NCBI GenBank assembly: GCA_036521315.1
Contig: DATDHZ010000080.1
Location: forward strand, 116,756 to 180,755
Reading direction: 5' to 3'
DNA: 64,000 bases
Source: Acidobacteriaceae bacterium
Lineage (GTDB): Bacteria; Acidobacteriota; Terriglobia; Terriglobales; Acidobacteriaceae
A program made the position numbers and the translations under genes. Of the stretch, positions 1 through 7,784 are shown piece after piece. Under the pieces are notes generated by a model. It saw nothing but the letters and a program-made list of their open reading frames with translations. It was not told the origin of the DNA and searched no databases. Every line of letters starts with the position of its first letter. The stretch's first letter is position 1.

Positions 1-1422
1 GGACTTGCGATTCACGGAGACGATGACGTCGCCCTGCTGCAGGCCGGCGTTATCGGCCGGGCTGCCGGGGCGGACGGTCTGGACGACTGCACCCTCGACG
101 CTCTGCGGCGCCTGAAGCTGCTGGCGCACGTCAGGCGTGAGATCGGCGAGGCCGAGGCCCCAGCGGCCTTTGTTATTGCCGTTCTGCGCCACTTCCGTCG
201 CACTGCTGTCGTTCATCGATTCCAGCGTGACCGGCACGCTGCTGGATTTGCCGTCGCGCGAAATTTCCAGCTGAATGGTCGTGCCCGGCTGCTGCTGGCC
301 GACGCGCATCTGCAGCTCGCCCGCATCATTCACAGGCTTGCCGTTCATGGCCGTGATGACATCACCGGTCTTGATGCCGGCTTTGGCGCCCGGCGAATCG
401 GAATTGACCTGGGTAACGACTGCGCCCTGAGCTTTCGTCATGGCGAAGAACTTCGCGTTCTCGGGCGTAACGTCACTGATAGTGACGCCCATCATGCCGT
501 GGCGAACGTGCCCGTCCTTGATGAGTTCGTTGACGATGGGCTCGGCCACTTCAGTGGGAATGGCAAAACCCATGCCGGAGAAGGATCCAGTCGGCGAGAC
601 GAGGAAGGTGTTGATGCCGATGAGCTGGCCGCGCGAATCGACGAGCGCACCGCCGGAGTTGCCGGGATTGATAGCCGCATCGGTCTGGATGAACTCGCCG
701 GGCTTGTGAGGATCGGCTTCCGGATTCGGGCGGTTGAGCGCGCTGATAATGCCCCGGGTGACGGTGAAGCGGAATCCATAGGGATTGCCGAAAGCGAGCA
801 CCATCTGGCCGGGATGCAGTTGCGCGGTGTCGCCCCACGGCACGCTGGGCAGGTTGTTCGCGTCGATCTTGATGACGGCGAGATCGGTGAGGGGATCGGT
901 GCCGATGAGCTTTGCCGAGTAGACGTCGCGATTGCTCATGGTGACGTGAATATCCATGGCTCCCTGCACGACGTGGTTGTTGGTGACGATGTAGCCATCA
1001 GGCGAAATGACGACGCCGCTGCCCAGGCCCTTCTCGATTTGGGGTCCAGGGCGCTGCATCGGGCCCTGGAAGAACTGCCCAAAGGGCGAGCCCGGTCCGA
1101 AGAACTGCTGCATCTGCTGCTGTTCCTGCTCCTGCTGGCCGCCGCCATCTTCGGCAAGCTGCTGCTGGGTGAGCTTCGAGGTGACGGTGACATTCACCAC
1201 CGCGGGCGTGATGTGGGCGGCCAGCGCTTCCATCGCCTGATCGAACGAGACGAGCGCGTTCGTTTCGTCGAGCGAAGGCGCGGCTGGAACGGCAGGAGCG
1301 GCGAGGGCCGCCGAAGCGGGCCTGGCGAATTCCCACGCCCCCGCGCCGACGAGCACTCCGGCGGCGAGCACCGGAACCGCGAGGCGACGCGTGAGCAGCG
1401 ACTGTAATTTTCCCTTGTTCAT
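1..1422 (-). CDS. htrA: Do/DegP/HtrA-family periplasmic serine endoprotease with two PDZ domains. It is partial: the C-terminal end runs off the window, so it is absent from the ORF track.
   Basis: Hand translation of the minus strand from ATG 1422-1420, with GGAGAA 7 nt upstream: MNKGKLQSLLTRRLAVPVLAAG... (signal peptide). Catalytic contexts are GYIVTNNHVV (His), DLAVIKI (Asp) and INPGNSGGALV (Ser, nt 643-669). PDZ-like stretches are VVTQVNSDSPGAKAGIKTGD and GAVVQTVRPGSPADNAGLQQGDVI. The frame stays open to nt 1. Confidence 0.9.
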   Translation of the reverse strand, partial: MNKGKLQSLLTRRLAVPVLAAGVLVGAGAWEFARPASAALAAPAVPAAPSLDETNALVSFDQAMEALAAHITPAVVNVTVTSKLTQQQLAEDGGGQQEQEQQQMQQFFGPGSPFGQFFQGPMQRPGPQIEKGLGSGVVISPDGYIVTNNHVVQGAMDIHVTMSNRDVYSAKLIGTDPLTDLAVIKIDANNLPSVPWGDTAQLHPGQMVLAFGNPYGFRFTVTRGIISALNRPNPEADPHKPGEFIQTDAAINPGNSGGALVDSRGQLIGINTFLVSPTGSFSGMGFAIPTEVAEPIVNELIKDGHVRHGMMGVTISDVTPENAKFFAMTKAQGAVVTQVNSDSPGAKAGIKTGDVITAMNGKPVNDAGELQMRVGQQQPGTTIQLEISRDGKSSSVPVTLESMNDSSATEVAQNGNNKGRWGLGLADLTPDVRQQLQAPQSVEGAVVQTVRPGSPADNAGLQQGDVIVSVNRKS

Positions 1423-1451
1423 GTTTGCTTCTCCACGGGTATTGCAAGATT

Positions 1452-1471
1452 GCAACTAATTAATTAGTTGC
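1452..1471 (-). promoter_or_regulatory. Perfect 20-bp palindrome GCAACTAATTAATTAGTTGC in the htrA promoter region; candidate BlaI-family operator.
   Basis: Lies in the 73-bp gap between the blaR1-like stop (1496) and the htrA start (1422). On the minus strand it starts 4 nt after TTGACT (1475-1480). A 14/18-identical copy lies upstream of the blaI-like gene (3587-3604). Confidence 0.5.
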
Positions 1472-1495
1472 TTGAGTCAAAAATTTTTGCGCTAA

Positions 1496-3127
1496 CTACG
1501 TTTGCATCGGTCCTGCCTGCAGAACTGGAATCATGAGGACCACGCGCCAGGTGCGCACGTGGACGCCGGTTTCGTCCTGCTCGACGACTCGGACGGTTTG
1601 GACTTGCACGGCCTGCATCGGAATCGCGTGCTGTGGCGCTGCTGCGCCGGGGTGCTGCGTCTGCGTCAGACGGTCGCTGCCGGGCGAGCCCTGAGCCGGC
1701 GCGGCGTCGGAACCGGGCTGCACATACTGGGTCTCGACGACCATGACTACTTGCGTCGCCGGAGGGCCGGCTTCGCGCTCCGAGACCGGGGTGCGATCGG
1801 GTGCGCCTGGATGCTGCGTCTGATCGAGGTTGGCCATCACCACCTGGGGAGCTTGCGTCTGGGCAACGGCGACTTCGGACTCAGCCTGGTTCTGTCCCTT
1901 CGCGTGGCGGGCGTGGAATCCTGACACGGGATGCGTCAGGCGTGGGGCCGTCGCCGTGTTGGCAGGCTGCGCTGCGGGGTGAAACATGACCGGGACGACT
2001 GCGGCCCCATGCAGGCTGCCGCGCAGATCCACGCCGGATGGAATGGGAACGCCGATGTGATTCGCCGCCGCCGTGGGATGCATCGGCTCTGCGTCGGGAG
2101 CGAAACTTACCATTTGCGGCACGACGGCCAGCACGCCGCAACAGGCCACGGACAACGCGGCGGCCAGGCCGAGCACGCCGCGACCCACGCGCGTGGTCGA
2201 TGAAGCTTTGCCGCTCAGGAGCCGGGCGATGCGCAGCGAAGCTTCCCTGGCTCGCGCGACGGCAGTCTGGGCCATGGTCCATCCGCGATGGGCGCAGCCG
2301 CGCTCGAGCAGACCGATCAGGCTGCCCGCATAGGAACGAGCATCGCCGGTTGCGGCGAGTACTGCGTCGTCGCAGGCCATCTCCCGCTCGAGCGAAAGGC
2401 GGGCATCGATCCACCACACTGCCGGATGAAAGAAGAACACGGCGCGCGCCAACTTCTGGAACAGGTTCGTCCAGTCGTCGCGGCGACGGAGGTGAGCCAT
2501 CTCGTGAATCAGGATTGGATGAAGCTGCTCAGCGCTCAGCTCGCGGAAACACCATGCGGGCAGCACAATGGCGGGATGTCGAAATCCGATGGCCGCGGGA
2601 ACGCGCGCTTTCTCTGAGACGAGCAGCCGGACGGCTCTTCCCTTCCCATGTTGCGCGAGAGCATCGCGCAGGATGGGGTCCAGAATCGCATGATCTATTT
2701 CCAGGCAAGCTCGGCGCATGCTGCGCACCTGGGACACGCCGGCGGCCAACCGCAGCAGTGCGACCAGTGCAATGGGCACCCACAGCGCCACAAAAGCAAT
2801 GGCCCAGATGCCGGGGACGGTCACTTCCGCGTGCGGAACCGCCCCGAAAGTGCGGCCCAGCGCGTGCCTGCTGGATTCGAGTCCGGTCAGCAGTGGAAGT
2901 GCCGCAACGCCGGCAAGCGCCGTGAGCCACACGAGAAATCGTGTTCCGGCGTTGGTGCCGCGGATGAGACGGAGGAGGAGCCAGGCGCAAATGGCGAGCA
3001 AGATGCCTTCGGGCAGCGAATTGAGCACGCGGCCAACCGCAACCTGCGCGACGTTTTCCGCGCCCCCCGCGAAGCCGTTGCGGGCCGCGGCGAAAGCTAC
3101 GAAGACCAGGACAGAGCTGCTGATCAT
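1496..3127 (-). CDS. BlaR1/MecR1-like M56 family membrane metalloprotease signal transducer, without a penicillin-binding sensor domain.
   Basis: HEXXH in LIHEMAHLRRRDDW, typical of peptidase M56. N-terminal TM helices are present. ATGA start/stop overlap with the upstream blaI-like gene (3124-3127). The C-terminal 190 aa are Q/T/P/A-rich low complexity with a repeated QTQHPGA. Confidence 0.85.
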   Translation of the reverse strand: MISSSVLVFVAFAAARNGFAGGAENVAQVAVGRVLNSLPEGILLAICAWLLLRLIRGTNAGTRFLVWLTALAGVAALPLLTGLESSRHALGRTFGAVPHAEVTVPGIWAIAFVALWVPIALVALLRLAAGVSQVRSMRRACLEIDHAILDPILRDALAQHGKGRAVRLLVSEKARVPAAIGFRHPAIVLPAWCFRELSAEQLHPILIHEMAHLRRRDDWTNLFQKLARAVFFFHPAVWWIDARLSLEREMACDDAVLAATGDARSYAGSLIGLLERGCAHRGWTMAQTAVARAREASLRIARLLSGKASSTTRVGRGVLGLAAALSVACCGVLAVVPQMVSFAPDAEPMHPTAAANHIGVPIPSGVDLRGSLHGAAVVPVMFHPAAQPANTATAPRLTHPVSGFHARHAKGQNQAESEVAVAQTQAPQVVMANLDQTQHPGAPDRTPVSEREAGPPATQVVMVVETQYVQPGSDAAPAQGSPGSDRLTQTQHPGAAAPQHAIPMQAVQVQTVRVVEQDETGVHVRTWRVVLMIPVLQAGPMQT

Positions 3128-3558
3128 CGGGATCTGCTCCCAGCGCCGGACCTTGTCTCGCTTCCGGAATTTGCTTCCAGCATTTTGCGCAGCCGCTCCA
3201 ATTCTTTTGGATCGATGCCGCGATCTTCCAGGATGTTCAGGACCAGATCTTCATGGGAATTGCGGAAGAACCTGCCGACCAGATGGCGAATTTCCGACCG
3301 GCTCGCTTCGTCACGCTCGACGAGCGGGCGGAAGATGTGGGCGCGGCCATCCTTGTCGTGCCCGACGTATCCTTTTTTCTCGAGGATCCGGATGGTCGTC
3401 AGCACCGTGTTGTAGGCGAGAGCCGGCTGCGCCCGCAGGCCGTCCAGAATCTGCTGCACCGATCCCTGCCCCTGCTGCCAGAGCACCTGCATGATGCGCA
3501 GTTCAGCCTCGGTGAGCGTTTCTGAGGATTTCCGGGGCACCGATCCATTCCCTTCCAC
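3124..3558 (-). CDS. BlaI/MecI/CopY family winged-helix transcriptional repressor.
   Basis: LTEAELRIMQVLWQQGQGSVQQILDGL...AYNTVLTTIRILEKKGYV matches the Penicillinase_R fold pattern. The gene is paired with the M56 gene. The start is GTG at 3558, or GTG at 3540, which is preceded by GGAAGGGA. Confidence 0.9.
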   Translation of the reverse strand: MEGNGSVPRKSSETLTEAELRIMQVLWQQGQGSVQQILDGLRAQPALAYNTVLTTIRILEKKGYVGHDKDGRAHIFRPLVERDEASRSEIRHLVGRFFRNSHEDLVLNILEDRGIDPKELERLRKMLEANSGSETRSGAGSRSR

Positions 3559-3586
3559 TTCTTTAGACCCGCCTCGACAGCAAAAG

Positions 3587-3604
3587 TAACTAATTTTGTA
3601 GTTG
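3587..3604 (-). promoter_or_regulatory. Second copy of the AACTA-N8-TAGTT dyad (CAACTACAAAATTAGTTA on the minus strand) in the blaI-like promoter / divergent region.
   Basis: Begins 1 nt after TTGTCA (3606-3611, minus strand). A TACTTT -10-like hexamer follows. 14 of 18 positions are identical to the core of the 1452-1471 palindrome. Confidence 0.45.
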
Positions 3605-3725
3605 TTGACAAGAGAGGGGAGAAAGAGCCCTGATTTTTCAACAAAATGCCAGCTATACGACGGCGCGGAAGCGGGGCCAGTAATTCTGTAGTCGAACGGT
3701 GAACTTCGTATTAGGCTATCCCGGT

Positions 3726-6700
3726 ATGCGGCCCTTTTGCTCTGTTTCCATGCTCTGCTTCTGCCTCGTTCCGTACGCCGGTCACGCCCAAACGCAAGCG
3801 AACTCCGCGCCGCCCGGGAAGCCTGCCGCCGTCCAACCGGCCGCAGCCGCGACCGATCCTTATAAGAACGAAGCGCTGGTCTTCGAGAAGTCCGAAACCA
3901 CGATCCGCATGCACGCGGACGGGACGGGCGATCGGGAAGTTCACGTGGTGATGCGCATCCAGTCGGAGGGTGCGGCGCAGCAGTTCGGGGTGCTGGCCTT
4001 CGCCTATGCCGGAGCCTACGAGACTCCGGTCATCAAGATGGTGCGCGTCCACAAAGCAGACGGTTCGGTGGTGGACACGCCGCCGAGCGACGCCATCGAG
4101 ATGCCGACAGAAGTGACGCGCGAGGCCCCGCTCTACAGCGACCTGAAAGAGAAGCACTTGCCGGTACGGTCGCTCTCGCCGGGCGACACGCTGGAATATG
4201 TTGTCGATACTTCGATTGATAAGCCAGAAGCGCCGGGTGAGTTCTGGGGCGCGCAGCACTTCACGCCGCCGGGCACGATCGTCGTGCTTGCCGAAGTGCT
4301 CAACCTCGAGGTTCCGGCGGATCAATATGTTCAGGTGTGGAGCCCGAACCACAAGTTCACTGTGGCCGAGAAGGACGGCATCAAGACGTACAACTGGAAT
4401 GTGCCGCAACTGGTGACGGCGCCGAAGAGCAGCGGGGATGATGCGAATAAGGTGACGCCGCCGAAAGATCCCGACGAAGACAGCGATGGGAGGAAACTGC
4501 CGTCTGTGGCCTGGACCACGTTCCACAGCTGGCAGGAGGTAGGCGCGTGGTATCGCAGCCTCGCGCTCGATCGCGCGCAACCGACGGACGCGATTCGAGC
4601 CAGGGCCGACGAGATTGTGAAGGACGGAAAGACTCCGGAGGATCAGGTGCGCGCGCTGTACAGCTATGTGTCGCAGCACAATCGCTACGTGGGAATTGAT
4701 TTCGGCATCGGGCGCTACCAGCCGCACAGCGCCGCCGAGGTGCTGGCGAACCAATACGGCGACTGCAAGGACAAGGACACGCTGCTGGAAGCGCTGCTGC
4801 ACGCGAAGGGCTTCTCCACTGCGCCGGCACTGATCGGGGCGGGGATCGCTCCGGTTCCGGACGTGCCGTCGCCGGCGGTATTCAACCACGTGATTACGAC
4901 TGTCAACCTGGCGGGCGCGCGCGTCTGGCTGGACAGCACGCCGCAGGCTGCGCCGTATGAGTACCTGAGCGCGATCATTCGTGACGAAAAGGCACTGGTG
5001 ATTCCTGCCGACGGGGCGGCTTCGCTGGAATCGACGCCGGCGGCGGTACCTTATCCCTTCAAGGCTGACTTTGAAGCGGTCGCGACGCTCGATGCCGATG
5101 GAAAACTCACTGGAAAAATGACCGCGACCTACAGGGACGACGATGAAGTGGGGGTGCGCACGCTGGCCCAGAACATCGCTCCGGCGGAGTGGGACAAGGC
5201 ATCGCAATACCTCTCTTCCGTGACCGGTTTTGGAGGGACGACCAGCAACACGCAGTTCGACCACGCCGACGACAACTCGAGCCCGATTGTGCTGAAGTAC
5301 GACTACAGCCGGCATCCTTACGGCGACTGGGACAACCACCGCATCGTTCCGCTGTTTCCGATGCTGGAATTCAGCGCGCTGGACAGCGACACCAAAGCAC
5401 CGGAGGAAGACATTCAGCTGGGCGCGCCGCGCACGCTGGTGGCGGTCTCTCACATTCGTCTGCCTGAGGGCTACGCGACCGATTTGCCCGATCCCATCCA
5501 CGTCAAGACGGACTTCGCCACGTTCGACAAGACGTACCGGTTCGACGGCGAGGAGATCGTCGCGGAACGCACCATCGTGATCCTGAAGAACAAAGTGCCG
5601 AAGGACGACTGGAAGGCGTACCAGTCGTTCACGAAGGACATCAGCCTCTCAGGCGAACCATGGATTACGCTGCTGCCACCCAACAAACCATTCACGGTGA
5701 AGGTGGAGAAATCGCCGGCTCCCGCGACGGCCGCCGCGAAGCCGGACAAAGGAACAGAGACGGCTACGATTGCTGCAGCGCCGCCGGGCGGGACCACTCC
5801 AGCGACGCCGGCCGCTTCGTCTTCGAGGGCTGAATCGGTGAGCGACCTGATGCAACAGGCCGGTGAGCGGCTGCGCTCCGGCGATCTGCAGGGCGCGAAA
5901 GAGGCGCTGGACAAGGTGAAGGCGAAGAACCCCAACCAACAATATATGTGGGGTATGTACGGGTATATTGCCGGGGTGGAACGCAATTTCAACGACGCGG
6001 CGGCCGATTATCGCAAGGAACTGGCGGCCCATCCGGAGAATCCCGGGATCGTGATCGCGCTGGCGCAAACGCAAACCCAGACGGGGGATTCGGTGGGAGC
6101 GCGGGAGACGCTTTCGCATTACTTCGCGGACCATCCTGATGATTTGCACGTCTCGCTGTATCTGGCATCGCTCGAGACGACGGCCGAAGACTACAACAGC
6201 GCGCTGAAGACGCTGGAAACGGCCGCGAGCCACAACCCCGATAATCCCGAACTGCAGCTCCAGGTGAGCAATGCGCTGGTGCGCCTGAACCGCAACCAGG
6301 AAGCGGCGGCCGCGGCAGAAAGTGTGCTGGAGGGGACCGACGATCCGGGATTGCTGAACGACGGCGCCTACACGCTGAGCGAGACCGGCATCGACCTGCC
6401 GCGTGCCGAAGAAGCGTCGAGGAAAAGCATTGCGAAGCTCGACGAGGCGTCGGCCAGGATGACGGCAGAGCAGGCCAACAGCAAAGCTTTCGGGGAGGCG
6501 AACCTTCTGATCGCCTCATGGGACACGCTGGGCTGGATCCTTTATCGCGAAGGGAAGCTCGACGAGGCGCAGGCACTGATCGGTGCAGCGTGGCGCTCGA
6601 GCCAGCACGCTGAAGTCGCGTATCACCTGGGGCAAATTGACGAGGCAAAGAACGAAAAGGACGAGGCTCTGGCCAGCTATACGTATGCTGATGAGGCCAT

Positions 6701-7082
6701 CGATCGCACCGTGACGCCCGACGTTCGGAATGAAATTCACGAAAGCCTGCAGCGTCTGCGCGGGGCGGGCGTGAAGTCCGCGCCGGTGGAGTCGCTTCAG
6801 GATTTGCGCACCTACAAACTGAGCCGGCCTGCGGGGGTGGGCGGATGGGGCACCTTCCGCATGGAAATCACCACGAGCGGGGTAATTGAAGCGCAGCAGA
6901 TGTCGGGCGAGTCGAAGATCGCGGGCATTCAGCCGAAGCTCACGGCGATGAAATTCCCTGAGCTGCTGCCGCCGGGCTCGAACGCTCACCTGTTGCGGAG
7001 CGCGGTGGTCAGTTGCTCGCTGGCCACGACCTGCGAAGTAGTTTTAGTTCCCGACGGCGGGTTGCAAACGGAGCGGCAGTAG
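3726..7082 (+). CDS. Secreted DUF3857 / transglutaminase-like cysteine protease-fold protein fused to a TPR region and a C-terminal TonB_C-like domain.
   Basis: Signal peptide MRPFCSVSMLCFCLVPYAGHAQ. Transglutaminase-core context NQYGDCKDKDTLLEALLHAKG. A Pro/Ala/Thr linker (PAPATAAAKPDKGTETATIAAAPPGGTTPATPAASSS) is followed by TPR-like repeats. The last ~100 aa show a TonB C-terminal-like pattern (weak call). The ORF track starts at GTG 3699; ATG 3726 is preferred. Confidence 0.7.
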   Translation: MRPFCSVSMLCFCLVPYAGHAQTQANSAPPGKPAAVQPAAAATDPYKNEALVFEKSETTIRMHADGTGDREVHVVMRIQSEGAAQQFGVLAFAYAGAYETPVIKMVRVHKADGSVVDTPPSDAIEMPTEVTREAPLYSDLKEKHLPVRSLSPGDTLEYVVDTSIDKPEAPGEFWGAQHFTPPGTIVVLAEVLNLEVPADQYVQVWSPNHKFTVAEKDGIKTYNWNVPQLVTAPKSSGDDANKVTPPKDPDEDSDGRKLPSVAWTTFHSWQEVGAWYRSLALDRAQPTDAIRARADEIVKDGKTPEDQVRALYSYVSQHNRYVGIDFGIGRYQPHSAAEVLANQYGDCKDKDTLLEALLHAKGFSTAPALIGAGIAPVPDVPSPAVFNHVITTVNLAGARVWLDSTPQAAPYEYLSAIIRDEKALVIPADGAASLESTPAAVPYPFKADFEAVATLDADGKLTGKMTATYRDDDEVGVRTLAQNIAPAEWDKASQYLSSVTGFGGTTSNTQFDHADDNSSPIVLKYDYSRHPYGDWDNHRIVPLFPMLEFSALDSDTKAPEEDIQLGAPRTLVAVSHIRLPEGYATDLPDPIHVKTDFATFDKTYRFDGEEIVAERTIVILKNKVPKDDWKAYQSFTKDISLSGEPWITLLPPNKPFTVKVEKSPAPATAAAKPDKGTETATIAAAPPGGTTPATPAASSSRAESVSDLMQQAGERLRSGDLQGAKEALDKVKAKNPNQQYMWGMYGYIAGVERNFNDAAADYRKELAAHPENPGIVIALAQTQTQTGDSVGARETLSHYFADHPDDLHVSLYLASLETTAEDYNSALKTLETAASHNPDNPELQLQVSNALVRLNRNQEAAAAAESVLEGTDDPGLLNDGAYTLSETGIDLPRAEEASRKSIAKLDEASARMTAEQANSKAFGEANLLIASWDTLGWILYREGKLDEAQALIGAAWRSSQHAEVAYHLGQIDEAKNEKDEALASYTYADEAIDRTVTPDVRNEIHESLQRLRGAGVKSAPVESLQDLRTYKLSRPAGVGGWGTFRMEITTSGVIEAQQMSGESKIAGIQPKLTAMKFPELLPPGSNAHLLRSAVVSCSLATTCEVVLVPDGGLQTERQ

Positions 7083-7118
7083 TCTTCGGCTTTTTCAACG
7101 AGGGACGCGGAGACGCGC

Positions 7119-7784
7119 TTAGATTTTTGGGCGCGTGAGCCAGTCACCCGCATGCTTCTCAATCGCGATGCGGACCAACTGGCTGCGGGTGCGCACGCCT
7201 GCTTTGTGGAACAGCTCCTGAATGACGGCCTTGACGGAACTTTCGGAGATTTTCAGGTTCCAGGCGATCTCCTTATTCGCGAGCCCTTCCAGGATACCGG
7301 AGAGCACCTCGCGCTGGCGTTCGGTGAGCGGGCGCGTGCTGCGCGGCTCTTCTGTGCGCTGCTCAGATCCCGAGATGAGCGAGCGGATGATTTGCCCTTC
7401 CAGCCACATTTCGCCTCGAGCAACTTTGCGAATGGCTTCAAGGAGCTGATCGGGATTGTTGTGCTTGTAGAGGACGCCGGAAATGCCGGCCTGGAGGACG
7501 TCGTGGGTGACACGACTGCTCATACCGGCGGTGACCATAAGAACGCGCGCGGGCCATTTGCGATCGTGAATGTGGCGCAGCAAGTCAGTTCCTCGCTGGT
7601 CGCCGAGGTCGTAGTCGAGCAGGATGACGTCGAGCGGCATGCGGTCCAGAATCTCGAGCGCTTCAGCAATCGAGGCGCAGTGGCCTGTGACTTCGAGATC
7701 GGGCTGGGCTTCGAGAAGCCGAACGAGGCTCTCGCGAAAGAGGCTGTGATCGTCGATGAGGAGAATGCGCGTCGGAGGCGTCAT
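7119..7784 (-). CDS. NarL/LuxR (FixJ) family response regulator (REC + LuxR HTH).
   Basis: MTPPTRILLIDDHSLFRESL...DVILLDYDLGD (receiver domain), then LTERQREVLSGILEGLANKEIAWNLKISESSVKAVIQELFHKAGVRTRSQL (LuxR HTH). ATG 7784 overlaps the kinase stop (ATGA), so the longer ORF-track start at 7874 is rejected. Confidence 0.9.
   Translation of the reverse strand: MTPPTRILLIDDHSLFRESLVRLLEAQPDLEVTGHCASIAEALEILDRMPLDVILLDYDLGDQRGTDLLRHIHDRKWPARVLMVTAGMSSRVTHDVLQAGISGVLYKHNNPDQLLEAIRKVARGEMWLEGQIIRSLISGSEQRTEEPRSTRPLTERQREVLSGILEGLANKEIAWNLKISESSVKAVIQELFHKAGVRTRSQLVRIAIEKHAGDWLTRPKI

Noticed and set aside
499-1407. 302-aa plus-strand ORF (and several other ORFs at 440-1447) across the first 1.4 kb.
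   Set aside because: It is antisense to a clearly recognisable HtrA/DegP reading frame with an intact catalytic triad and PDZ motifs. Its translation is Gly/Arg/Asp-rich with no motifs, which is the typical high-GC shadow ORF.
1452-1471. The 20-bp palindrome as a rho-independent terminator of the blaI-blaR1-like operon.
   Set aside because: The stem would be AT-rich with essentially no loop and no downstream U-tract on the minus strand. A related copy in the blaI promoter argues for a protein-binding dyad. A dual role cannot be excluded.
3711-5501. 596-aa minus-strand ORF.
   Set aside because: Antisense shadow of the DUF3857/transglutaminase-like gene. It has Arg-rich, motif-free composition and no start context.
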